The notes below the pieces were generated by a model. The model did no database searches. It saw only the letters and a list, made by a program, of their open reading frames with translations, and had not been told where the DNA came from. From contig CAJFCJ010000014.1 in assembly GCA_904063045.1 (NCBI GenBank), positions 1,175,643-1,239,642 of the forward strand: a stretch of DNA of 64,000 nucleotides. Direction: 5' to 3'. A program made the translations under genes and the position numbers. Below, one piece after another: positions 24,375-36,777 of this stretch. This DNA is from Dimorphilus gyrociliatus (Eukaryota; Animalia; Annelida). Each line of letters opens with the position of its first letter. The first letter of the stretch is position 1.

Positions 24375-27300
24375 GGGATGGTATTTTAAAAAGTCCTTTA
24401 ACCCTCTGACCTCGCTTTCCCACGTATAAAACTTTGGAATAGTATATTTTTCTTATTTTTTAATTGATTAGATAGATATTCTTTTTTTTATCTTTTTATT
24501 ACTTCCCTTCTTGTCTTCTTCTTCCTCTCTTCTTCTTCTTTCTCTTCTTCCCCTACTTTTACCTTTACTATCTAAAGAAATGTGGAGAAGAAAGAAAAAG
24601 GAAATCGTTAACTTTCGTTTTTTACTTTTTTTCTTATTTATCGACTAATCTAATTAATACGGATTAAAGATAGTTTTTTAAAGAAAGGGAATAACGAAAA
24701 AAGGATTAAAATAGGTCTACTAGGGATTAAAAGAAATCCTAATTTAGTGCGTCTGTAAAACCGGTTAATTAAACATGGTAAAAAGGGGTATTAGCTGATG
24801 TGTTTTACGGTAATTCGTTAAAAAGACGTTTACCATTCGTATAAACAACATCAAACTAGCTTGATAGGATATTTTGGCATGTATGTTACAATTTTTTAAC
24901 GGGAATATATACCCTAATTGTTTTTTCTTTTGATAAAAAAAATATCGGGCACCTGGATTGTTTGTCTTTGACGGATCTAAATATAAACATTGGCTCTTTC
25001 CTGTTTTTTATCATTAACCCCATTGATTTTATTTAAGAGTATAAATCTGTCTGCTTCCTTTTATTATCTACAATTATTGAAAAATTAAGAAGATTAGCTA
25101 TACTAATTTAGATAAAAGATAACAAGAAAATAAAAAACATACCCTCAATTGATTTATGATCACTTAGCTAATTGTTTAAAACCATTAGCTTTTTTGTTGA
25201 TAAGCCTATAAATAATATATACATTTACCAAAAAGAAAAAGGAAAAGATAAAAGGAATTGAAAAAAAGAACTTTGTATTATCGAATAATTGTTAAAAGTA
25301 GAAGAAAAGAGGAAGGGAATGAAGAGGAGGAAGAAGAGACTCGTAAACAGTTTTAATATAAAAGAATTTATTGCAATTTTAGTTTTATGACAAGTCATAA
25401 ATGGATAATTTAAATCCTCTAATTGAATTATATATATATATATATATATATGTAGCTTTACTATAAATCTCCGTACATTCTCACTGAAATATCTATTGAA
25501 TGTCCCATGTTTTTTGACTTTTGGGAATACTTTTATTTATTTGTTTTAGCTTCGATTTCTTCAACTAAACAGATTTTACTTTTATTACTTTAACACTACT
25601 TTTTTAATATTATTTACAAATTTGTTCATGAATATTCATAAATAATATATAATCTATATTTACATATACTGGATTTTAATGTATATAAGAATGAACTCTC
25701 TTATTATATCTGTAGGAACGATCCTAATGATATTTCCTTTATAGTTTCTATTGTATTTCATAATGAGTTTAATTATTTCTAATCATGGGCGTCTACCCTT
25801 AACGAGCGTCCCGCAAGGTTGAACGTAGCCGGAAATTTTTCTTGGCAGCGGGAGTGAACAGCCCGGAGCTGTAATTCTAATAAAACGTACAAGTAATTGC
25901 GTAATAACATTCACGATTAATCTTTGATCAAGTGTATCACGATTACTCGCCTCAAAGTGTACGATATATCGAATCGTTTCGTTAGATGCTTTAATAATCG
26001 ATGTTTGGTGCGTCTCTTCTTTTATTTATTACGTATTAAATGTGTATGGTTATATTAATGCTAATTACACTGAAGGTCACCTAAGTAAACTTATCTAGTC
26101 TAGCTGTGATTTTTAAACGAGACAGGGGACAAAAGGTTAAAAGTAACAATTTTCACCTTCGCTGACCTCTCTTCTTGTCTGATGTAGACACAAAAAAGTG
26201 ATAAAATCGATATATCTAGTTAAAACTGGTAAAATAGTAATTAAATTCTACTTAGATTAATAAGATAATAATTAATTCTAACAAATAACATAAACGTTTG
26301 ACCTAATTATTCAATATAAATACACATCTAGTCATGTAAAACCTACTTGAACAACTTTGCAAAGGGAAGTTTCTTCATTACTTTAAACTTTTAAATTTCA
26401 GACAAGTTTTTTAAAATGATAATTTATTAGCTTAATTTATTCATTCACAGTTTTAATAGCGCTAAAGGAAAAAGCGTCTAAAAGGTCCTTGAAAGATGTA
26501 GATAAGCTGGAGAAGTATTATAAGAATTTTCTAAGAAATTGCGTTCACTTGTCCAATCGTTGTTTTCTTTTCGCGTTCTTTACTTATCTTTACTCTAATT
26601 TGCTCTAGGAAAAAGATAAGATGGAAAGGAAACGGAGATAAAAGAAATAAAATAAATGGCGAATGTTTTTATTACGTAAATTATAGAATTCGTAACTTTT
26701 CCGCTGAGCTCCATATGGCACGGATTATTCTAATTAAGGATTTTTAAACGGGCGTCCCCTTAATTATAGAGAATGTTCGTTTAGCAATCCTCATAGGGAA
26801 TTTGCTCTTTCTTTATTTCTATGACCCAATCCGACAAGCAATCGATGCTATTATAAATAGGGAACGGCGAGGTGAGAAAGAGAGAAAGAGATGTGAATGG
26901 GACAGAAGGAGAAGAGGGCAGGAGGGGGGAAGCTGTTGACATAGTTTTGGGGACGCCAATATATCCCTACAATTTTTTCATAAAAGTCGGAATTGAATGG
27001 ATAAAAAGACTATGGAATTTTCTAGAAGATGTTTTTTTTCCTTGGATTCTATTCGTATTGAAGGATTTCCGTGCCCCTTGTTAAGTGGACAATTTATGGA
27101 TCTCAAACAACAATAGGCCTATTGAAATATTTTTAAGTACTGAAATACTTACGAATACTGAAGAAGCTATTTAATTGGGATTAGCACTCAATTAAACCTT
27201 TAAAATCAAGTTGAAATAACGATATTATCTAGTTAGCAAATGGGTGGCTACCTGTCACAAATTAATATAGCTAACTGAACTTTCCAGGAACAATGGACAA

Positions 27301-29456
27301 CTATTTCCATATACTAATAGTAACATTTTATTAGCCTAAGGGAATTTTCCCTGAAGAAAATTTCTTGACGTTTATTGGCCAATTCACAAACGAGATTAGG
27401 CAATCGCCTCTCCTCCTTTCTCACCTCCCCCCTCCCATTTAGCCACCTGTTATATCTCCTCTGTCAAACGGGAACTTTATGGGGGTTTTTTTATGGCGTT
27501 GATGGCGCCGAGAAAACGCGTCTTCTATTGTCTACTTACTAAACACGTTAAAGCCGGTTTAAGGTGCATAAACAAGGAATACCTTCAATAAAATAAACAC
27601 TATTTAAATAGTTAATAAACATAGCACGACGAAAATTCCTTTAAATTTATAAATTTGCCGTTAAATTTGCCCCAATTTTCCTGGTTAACATCTTCATTAT
27701 CTTTAATAATTAAACATTGTAGAATTTTTGAGTACTGCCTCGCTTCACTCTCGTCTTGATCGATTACATAATCAACTAGCATTATGTAATTATTTGAAAG
27801 CGCTTGGGGAAAAGAGAAAGAGTTAGAGTGACAGAAAAGGCAAGGGGGGTGGATGTTGGGAAAAAGGGAACGAGGAGGTGATGTTGAAGAAGGAATTGTT
27901 TGAAAAGTTGTAGAAAGAGAGATAACGGTCTATTACAAAGCGTATATAGTTGTGGGTCTATTGCGCTTTTTAATCTCAAGGAAAAGTGGGTTATTTAAAA
28001 GGTGCCATATCCAATTGAAATTACGTATAGATTGAAGATAAAGACATAAATTAATAATAGTATTTCAATTACACGTCATTTTAGGAGTATTTTGTTTCTT
28101 TTTTAGAAAAATAAACATTCTTCTTCTCTACTTTGAAGGTAGAAATGAAGCAATCCATCATATAAAAAGGAATACTCTTAAAGAGTAGATTTTAATATTT
28201 ACATAAGAGTAATATATGGCCATTTTTCTACCCGCACCGTCCATTTAATTAGCATATTAATGAATGAATTTTCAAAAAAGATTCTCTTTTGTCCCTCGTT
28301 GCTTCCGTTTGCGAAAAGTGCATTTTCTTAAGACTTTGGCACGTGCCGAACGCTTTTATTGTTCCCTTTTCCACTTGACATTTCCCTTTATTATACCTTC
28401 CGACAGAGTCGTTCTAAAATGCTATATTTCATTAGGTGTACACAAAAAGCCTGTTCTAACTAATATAATTGATACAATTAAGATAAACAATTATATAGGA
28501 CTATACAATGAAACCTTTCTCAGTTAAACACCTAGGAAGAGATGAAATTGTCATTTCTAAAGAGTTAAAAAAAAGAAAAGAAAGGACAATAGGAACAATC
28601 CTTTAATTAATTGGGAAAAACTTGTTTAGTGATGATAAACAATAGAAATTAGTTAGAATAATGGGAGGAGGAGGAGAAAGAGGAAGAATAATAATGACAA
28701 GCGTCATCAGGAAAAGTATTGCCTTTCTCCAGAGTTACAATTTTTTTTATCTTATCAATAATCGAAGCGGAAGCGTTTGTTATCGATCAAAGCGTAATCA
28801 TTTACGGCGTATGTTTTTTTTATTTATTTATAAAGAAATAAGAAAAGGGAGGGAGCCAGAGAGAGAGAGAGAGAGAGATTACTCTTTTCGCTTGATCCGC
28901 CTACAAAACTTTTCTCCTCCTCCTTCTCCTTTTCCTTCCTTTTCTTTCACGACGTGTCAAATTTCTCGAGCGTCGCTTTTTTTATGTAAAGTGTATAATA
29001 GCACATGCTTCAATTTCCCTTGTTATTTAATATTTCCAAATTTCTATACTCCCTCCCTGCAATCTGTAACAAATATTTGCAGTCGACCGTTACAAAAAAC
29101 TCATTAATTCCCATTAAGATTATCTGTATTTATAGTAAAAAAAGAACTAATTGAACACACTAAATGTAAAAAGAAACCCACAATACGCTATAAACAACAT
29201 ACCAATAGGAAAGTATCTAAATATAGACTATTCTTAAGAGAAACTGAGAAAATAAAAGGCTTAAGCCTATTCTCTCTTGAAGGTGGGTTAAACAAACTAA
29301 TGAGTGACAAACGATATTACTAATCAACGGATTTTTTTAAAAAGTAAACTATTACATCACTTTTCCTTTAAAATTCAACTACGCAAAAAACACACAAATA
29401 TAAAAGATTTTTTTGGTCCTTTAGTTTCGGTTTTTGGTTTTTTTTGGCGGGATTCT

Positions 29457-30374
29457 TTAAGAGGAGTTGATCTCTTCTAAATATCGGTAGTGTATTGACC
29501 TGTAACTTAGGTATAGCGGCTCTTCAAAAACGTTATTCTGTTGTCTGTGACGCTCTTTATGAATGTAATAGGAAGCCAGAGCGGCAGCCGTAGATGCTTG
29601 CAAGCAAATCAGATCGAATACTCGGGGAATTGGCTTCCTCCCCTGATGTTTCCACATGACATCAAGCATCGCTTTTAAGGGTGATGGATCAAATATGCCG
29701 ATAACCGAAATTTCCAAGCTAAATACGTCTATCTTTTTACCGTCAGGGGATTCAACATTAGTGTATCTCCCTCTTCTATAATCTCTCTCCCACTCCATAT
29801 TGGCTTCAAGACAACAGGAGAGTTCCAGAATGAGGTATTTAGAACCCAAGTCAACTACCAAGTCGGGATACCTATTTTTACCGTTTGCGACGAATACCAG
29901 TTCCTCCATTGGTTTATAGTCTCTAAGACTGTCAGCATAGACATCAAAATTAAACCACTGGGTAATACCATGGGCTATTTGCTCAAGAATGGCATCATGT
30001 CGCCATTGATATCTACCAAGTCTTGCTGGGTTCTTTCTACTTCTATTCATTGACATTTCACACTTTGAGAGTGAGTGATCAATGTCAGACCGAGTACTAC
30101 CACATAGGATGCAATCTTCCATTCGTAATTTAACCATTATGTAATTCAAAATAAACTTTTGAACACAAATGGTAAAATACGGAAAGAATTCATGGACCCA
30201 ATTCCATACGTGGAGGTCTTCTATGGAATATGTTACCAAGCGACGCAAATCACAACCTTTTTTATCATACTTCAGGATGTCGATTAAGCTCTCGTGTATT
30301 CTCTCCTTCTCTCTTAGAGTACCAGGGAAGACATAATTGACCATTTTTGGCTTGTAGTTTGTTAAGGAAATCAT
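29457..30374 (-). CDS. RT-less retrotransposon-derived protein 1: CCHC zinc knuckle, RHD motif and restriction-like endonuclease (RLE) fold
   Basis: CILCGSTRSDIDHSLSKC (CX2CX8HX4C), GRYQWRHDAIL, YPDLVV...LELSCCLE, LEISVIG, YYIHKER. Intact 305 codons, in-frame TAA 9 nt upstream of the ATG, no RT sequence nearby. Confidence 0.85.
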   Translation of the reverse strand: MISLTNYKPKMVNYVFPGTLREKERIHESLIDILKYDKKGCDLRRLVTYSIEDLHVWNWVHEFFPYFTICVQKFILNYIMVKLRMEDCILCGSTRSDIDHSLSKCEMSMNRSRKNPARLGRYQWRHDAILEQIAHGITQWFNFDVYADSLRDYKPMEELVFVANGKNRYPDLVVDLGSKYLILELSCCLEANMEWERDYRRGRYTNVESPDGKKIDVFSLEISVIGIFDPSPLKAMLDVMWKHQGRKPIPRVFDLICLQASTAAALASYYIHKERHRQQNNVFEEPLYLSYRSIHYRYLEEINSS

Positions 30375-30502
30375 CTTTTTTTATTGAACGTCCGGCAAGT
30401 ACGTTGATGTTTAAAAGAATGAAGAGAAAACTTTTCTGCCAGTCGATAGCTTTTTCTCACTACATTTCATTCAGCCACTGAGCGATCATGAAGGGTAAAT
30501 AG

Positions 30503-30569
30503 GCTCCGCCTCCGCCTGCACCCCAGCGTATGCTCCAAATTTTATTTACACTACAAATTTAGGCGGAGC
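30503..30569. promoter_or_regulatory. Inverted GC-box pair upstream of RLE gene 1
   Basis: GCTCCGCCT (30503-30511) and its exact reverse complement AGGCGGAGC (30561-30569), 130-195 bp upstream of the ATG. Confidence 0.35.
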
Positions 30570-32672
30570 TTAATTTCCTATGAGAGGAACCAAGGCAAAA
30601 ACCTACGTAACCTCCTTTTCTCTCTTTATCAGCGGTACCAACACTTTGGTAAATGATTCGCTAATTGACTTCGCACTTGTTTGACGTCCATTTCAGGGTT
30701 GAATTTTTTAGATAAGCAATCACTCCTAACAGATATAAATATATAAATGGTTGAGAAAATAGGAAAGAGAATTGAACAGGAAATGGAAAAGTAGAGAGGA
30801 AGGAGTAAAACTGAACACAGAAACTATATAACAATGCTAAGGACAGTTACGTACATATTTTATGACTGTACAAAAAAAAGGTTGTGATTGAGAGGAATGA
30901 GAAAGTGAGACAGAAATGAGGAAGGCGGGGGGGGGGAGGGGGTAAACGTTTAACTTTCATCCTTTAATCCTGAGTTGTTTATTCTATATAAAAAAGGAGA
31001 AGAAAGAGAAAAGAAAAAAATTTAGCCATCTGTACAGGTGACGCGATCAAAACTCCCGCCTCTTTTGTTGATCGGCGCAAGAGAAGAATGGATAAAGAGT
31101 AAAAGAAATCGTAAAGTATACAGTTTTGTCAACAATTTATCAAAATGAGAATAAATACATTTCTATATATGAACAGAGAGTGTAAAAATCTATTATATTC
31201 CTCTAAAAGCGTCTATGTCTTTGTGACTGCAAAAACATTCTTGGCTATTTGCCAACATTGAAAAAAAAAGTGTGGGTGGATAGTAAAATGGACAGTTATT
31301 ATATACCTATTAAATAAAAAAATAATAAACCGCTTTAAGCTTCCCTTCCTTTAAGGAATTTATAGAATAATAATGGAATATTCTAAATTCTTGCGTAATC
31401 ATTTTTCAAAGTTATAGTCTGCTCTCCTCCCCTCTTCTTCCCTTCCTTTCTCTTCAACTCATCGGCCAGAAGAGATTTACTTAATACTATTATATAAGAG
31501 TCATTGTTCTTTTTTTTATGTGTTATGTATACATATATGCTATATACACACACTAAACGACGATAAGAGTGGCGATAGATTGAACTATCTAAAAATAGGC
31601 CATCAATAAAAAAAAGAAGGGGGGTGAGGATGAAAGAAAAATGTAACAATTTCAAGCTAATCCGGAAACTTCATTAGATCGGCAGATCTATAACAGAGTT
31701 ATTCATTACGGTGTTTAGCATCTTATTTAAATAAATTAGGCAAAAATTTTGTAATGAATTACTTAGTAAAGCTATTAATAAAACATTAAAAACAAACATA
31801 AAAACAGGGATAAAAGGAAAAATGTTACACTAATGTTGATGAAATCAGATAAAGTCTTCTAAAAATTCCGTACAAGTTGAGAGAATTACCCTATTACGGG
31901 TTCTCTCCTAATCAGTTCTTGTTGTTACATAATAACCTGTTATCAATATCTTTACCATTCAGATAGGAATATTAAATGGGATAATAAAACACGTTTCCCA
32001 TCCTAATTTATTTGTTAGCCTTAATTGATTTTCAGGTTATATATTCAATTTAGGATTATGTTGCAACGAGATTCCCTTGGGCAATATTGGAGAAATATTT
32101 CAATACCTTTAAAGGAAACTTGAAAGAAATCGGTAATCCAAGGATAAAATAGGCCTATGGCAACTTCCGATCGGTTTCTTTTCATATTTAAGGAATGGTA
32201 AACATTTCAAATAATTTAACTTCAGATTTGACCTACTTTATATATATAAATAAAAATAGACGTTTCCCAAGCTTTCTTAGTGTATTTTTTACGTTGTATA
32301 AGCAAATATTATATAATTTATTGTTTCATTTATTTTAGGGTAGTTTTATTAAAATATCTTTGAACTTTAAAAAAAAAAAGAGACGCTTTTTACTTTTACT
32401 AGTACAATAAAATGTTACATAGGTCACAACTAAAGAATTTTTCTTGTTTCATTTCTTATTCTGTTACGGTATTAAAAATAAAAACAAAAAAAAATATTCC
32501 TAATATTGATCTTTTTCACAAAGGTTAAGGATAACTTTTATCCATTTTTTTCCAATATTTCTTGTAGAGAATGGGAGAAGATGGAAATAGGTAAAGAAGG
32601 AGAGAGAGAGAGAGAGAAAGTAGGGGAAAATTAATTATATTTTGTCAACAAATGTCTAATTTCTTCTGTTTT

Positions 32673-33874
32673 CTACTTGCAAGTGTTTGGCGGAATATCT
32701 GTTCTGCGGCGCTTGTTATTCAAATCTTTAAAGAATTCTTGAATATCTTTAGCTTCTACGGTCTAAGTGTGGGAAAAAAAAGAATAAAGATTTTAAGAAA
32801 AAAGTATGTAAGAGATGAAAAGACTGTAAAGAATTAAAATTCTTGGCGTCTCTTTTATTTACGTGTAGACTATATAGAAACTTTGTATACCTTGCGTTTT
32901 TCAGCGAATTCCTTTAGGAACGTTCCAAGTTTAGTTTTCATATTATTGTAACCGGCGAGAACTTCGTTTTGTTGAACTCTCGACATATTTTCCAGAGCTC
33001 TATTCAAATTTCCTTCTTCGCTTGCTGTACGAGTTTTGGCTTTTTCTTCGTAAGCTTGAACACTGTCCTCTGGGTCAAGAAGGAATCCTATACCACTTTC
33101 AGTATATGTTTTCTTACAATTTTGACACCTACATAATCCATTACGCCAACCTTCTCTCCAAAATACCGCTTGGGCGGAAGATTTGCTCTTCTTTTTCAAT
33201 TCATCTAAAATACAACCTTCGACATCAAGTGCCTCTTCGGTTTCAGTATCCTTTGAAGATTCATAGTGAGTGATATAGGGGATGAGAAATGTGTGCTTTT
33301 CCACACAACCTTTACAAGTGACTTCGCTGTAAGAATTTGGTGAGATAATAGATCCTTTTAAATCACCGTTCAAGTGTCTGGTGTGATGCCAATCTTCGCA
33401 TATTACGCATTGGACCATCTCGTCTTCACTGGTATCCTCAGGATCAGGGTAAGGCCGACTACAGATGCAATAAACTCCGTCGTAATTATGATTATAAGTA
33501 TTTTCCTCATTTTTCTCAGCTTTATCTGGTCTCAGTTGGCATTTGCCAGGAACTTTAGAATTACCGCAATCGCATCTCGTATTGCGCTTTGTGTAGAGTT
33601 CAACAAGGTCATGAGTATCGTGACATTCAAAGCTACAAGCCAAGCATATAGCTCCAGAACCACAACTTTTACAGCTATATAATGGCTGACGTTTCAAGTA
33701 TCCTTCATCATACGTACAAATACGAGCATCGGCTCCTCCTAAAACAGCCCTGGCATCTTCCTCTAGTTGATCCTCTTCCCTAACAATATCATTTAAATTA
33801 ACAATATCCTCTTCTTCCTCAGATTTGTTCACAATATTCTGTTGTTCGTCATTTTTACTGTTTGCGGTGGCCAT
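32673..33874 (-). CDS. UBR7: UBR7 (UBR-box plus PHD) E3 ligase, 2 exons
   Basis: EDARAVLGGAD...CTYDEGYLKRQPLYSC, VELYTKRNTRCDCGN, YNHNYDGVYCICSRPYPDPED, MVQCVICEDWHH. The terminal exon TVEAKDIQEFFKDLNNKRRR...CK* is missed by the ORF track. Confidence 0.95.
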
Positions 33875-35970
33875 TCTGGTGAAGGAGAGAAAAAGAAAAT
33901 AGAAGAAATAATTACGAAATTATTGGTCATTTATACTTGTAAATAGAAGATTACGCAATAACGAATTACATTATAGAAATGTTGGAAAAAAAAGAAAGAT
34001 GATCAATTATAACTATATTTTTAACATTAAAATTTCTAAAGAAACACATTCTAAATGTGATAAAGAACATAATCCATTAATAGTTAACCTATATAATATT
34101 TAGCATTACTACACAGCTATGTCACAGATACAGTATTTACAACATGTTTAAGAATAAAGTATGAGTCATTGTGCTGTCTCATCAACTTTTGAAGTCTATG
34201 GGTAATATTTCTTTAATATGAATATACACACATGAAAGTTTGTAGGGCTAAAAAGAAGCATTTTCTTTATGTATTGCTAAAATTTCTACAAATGTTAAAG
34301 ATTTGCGTAACGGGCATGAAATCATTAAATCGAAATATATTACATCTATAGAGTAATGATGGGAGAGTTTAAAACAGTAGCAAGGTCAATAATAAATAGA
34401 TATTTAACTACTAAACACCAGAAAATCATTAAATATCTTTGTAATATAAAAAACAAAGGTAATATGTTTTATAGATATATACTATATATAATACGTGTAC
34501 AAATTGTACAAATAACTAAAAAAACTCCTACCTTTCGTGATTGATAGTTAATCAACTATATTATCGGTTCAGTTCTATGACACAAGTAAGGACTACAAAC
34601 TCTACATTGCTCCCTCTATCAGTATAATCTTGAACATTTTATACCGCCACTAGCAACGGTTTCTAATTACAAAATCACGCATCTATAACAAAGTATTGTT
34701 AAATCCAAACAACTGAAATATTTTTACTTCCTTGCACTTAATTTTAAAATGAATGATAGAAAAAGTTTAATGTAGCCTCTATTTTTAAAACTATACAATC
34801 CCCCTTATACTTCTTTGAGTAAACAAATATTAATCTATAAATAGAGTGTTTTTTCTCTCTATATAACTAAGAAACTAATAAAAAAAATCATTTTTTTTTC
34901 TTTTTAATGATCGGCATGAATTTTACTTTCGGCTGTTAAATATAGAATAAAAAGAGTATTAATAACTTGACAATTAACATTATATTACAAGAATTCATAT
35001 TCACTTAGGAGTTTACTTTTCATCCAAATTATTAATACCAGTTGTATTATATATCTCTATTTTTGGGCAATTAATTAGTTTATTTAAGAAAAATGTATCA
35101 AGATGACAAAACGAAATAGGAAACAAAAAAGCCTTTGATGTTTTATTACATTCTACGCATAGAGTGAATTTATTGAAGAGTTGGTACGTGAAAGCCGGGC
35201 AAAACAAACCTTAGGTAAATGACTCAACTTATGTAATTCGTATTATTGATAAGAATGTATATCTCTTTCTAAATAAGTATGTAATGCCTATAAACATTAC
35301 CTAATATTCATGAGGATCTTTCGCTCGCGTTAATCCTTTGATAAGGTATCGAAAAAAAATTACATCATGTGCATGTCCTCTCTTTTTTTTGTTTCAGGGA
35401 AAAAAGTAACATTAGGAATTTTCAGGGATTTTCGGTCGTTGACACAAAAAAGAAGATAAATATTCAGTGGGCGTACCTACCCTTTAACACCTAGATATCT
35501 ATTAAAAAATTTAACTTCCGGATGAAATAAATCTCGACGATACCTCCTAAAGGCGAACACAAATCTTTTTTGTTGCAATTTTAAAGCTAACTATTCGTAT
35601 CACGTGGAAATAGACCTTCTTTTGATAAAAAAAACTGGAAAGACAGTATCTAATTGATAAACGAACTATAATATAACATACAGTTTTTCAAGCCGTTTCA
35701 GCCATACGAAGGTTCTTTATTTGCTTTTTTTTTCTCTTCTAATTTAAGTAGTTTGTTAATCAAAAGCCTAAAAAATAAAAGTATTGAAAAATGGACAAAT
35801 TCGTTTGCTTGTTTTTTTTAAAAAAAAAACTTTATAAGATTCTTTTTTTCTTTTTTGTTCTTTTTTTAATTTCATTGGCAATTTACGCAAAATATTTAAG
35901 CAATTATTTTAGTATTGACAATATTTAGGACATACTTAAATTACTCATTAAAGGTCAATACTGTTTTTTT

Positions 35971-36777
35971 TCAATACTGCGACCAATGAAGTAAACTGGA
36001 ACGTTTCCATTCTGCCTTAGCACGTTCCGTATAGATAAAATGCGAACATAGCGTAACGACTTGTGTAATTCTAAGGATCGTATGCTTCATTCTTCTCTTA
36101 TCCCTGCCGCTTAACTTCTCTCGCTTTATAGCGCGCATGATCTCCTCCAAAGGACTTGAATTGAATAAGCCGAACGAAGAAACTTCAAGCGTATAAATTG
36201 TCAACGGTTTTCCGTTCAATTCTGTAAGACCCTTGAACTTATCTTTCTTACCATGCTTGTAGACGTCTAAGCTAAGTTCGTTGCAGACGGTCAATTCTAA
36301 ACCAAAATATCTTTCTTCGGTTTCAACTATTATACCTGGTAGCTTTCCCTTCATTTCTTCTTCCTTCGTTAATTCATCGATAGGAGGATAACGTTGCAAG
36401 TCGTTCGCAAAAACCTTGTGTTCGCCGAATCCCTTTAACCAATCAGCCAATAGACGAGCGACAGAATCATGTCTCCACTTATAACGGTCTGCAGCGTCCT
36501 TGCAGTTTGACAAAACATGAATATCATTCACATCAGTTTTCTTACACAAAAAACATTCGTTCCCAACGGACAAACCGTCCGTAAGGAAAGTTAAAATAGT
36601 GCGTTGAGCGGCTAAGGCACACCATTCGACATTTTCGCACCATCTTCGTTTATCCAGCCAACGTAGGGATCTTTCAGTCGGCCAACCAACAAAAGCTTGT
36701 TCATGAATTGAAATAATACGGTCATAGACCGTTGAATGATAAAAAGTTGGCTTTCTATGAGAAAAGTATGACGGCAT
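35971..36777 (-). CDS. RT-less retrotransposon-derived protein 2: CCHC knuckle, RHD motif and RLE fold, with the catalytic PD changed to PG
   Basis: CFLCKKTDVNDIHVLSNC, DRYKWRHDSV, KLPGIIV...LELTVCNE, KKDKF, LEVSSFG, SHFIYTER. Intact 268 codons; the frame is open to 36843. Confidence 0.85.
   Translation of the reverse strand: MPSYFSHRKPTFYHSTVYDRIISIHEQAFVGWPTERSLRWLDKRRWCENVEWCALAAQRTILTFLTDGLSVGNECFLCKKTDVNDIHVLSNCKDAADRYKWRHDSVARLLADWLKGFGEHKVFANDLQRYPPIDELTKEEEMKGKLPGIIVETEERYFGLELTVCNELSLDVYKHGKKDKFKGLTELNGKPLTIYTLEVSSFGLFNSSPLEEIMRAIKREKLSGRDKRRMKHTILRITQVVTLCSHFIYTERAKAEWKRSSLLHWSQY

Noticed and set aside
25790-25990. Resemblance to U12 snRNA (TTGCGGGACGC, AACGATTCG) or a telomerase template (CCCTTAAC)
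   Set aside because: The U12 branch-point-pairing sequence and correctly placed Sm site are absent, and no TAACCCTAA template is present.
28661-29107. 148-aa ORF in the gene-free interval
   Set aside because: Runs through AG and CT microsatellite-like tracts, has no domain features, and its composition reflects low-complexity DNA.
30927-30942. G10-A-G5 run with G-quadruplex potential
   Set aside because: Isolated homopolymer in a purine-rich tract with no supporting context.
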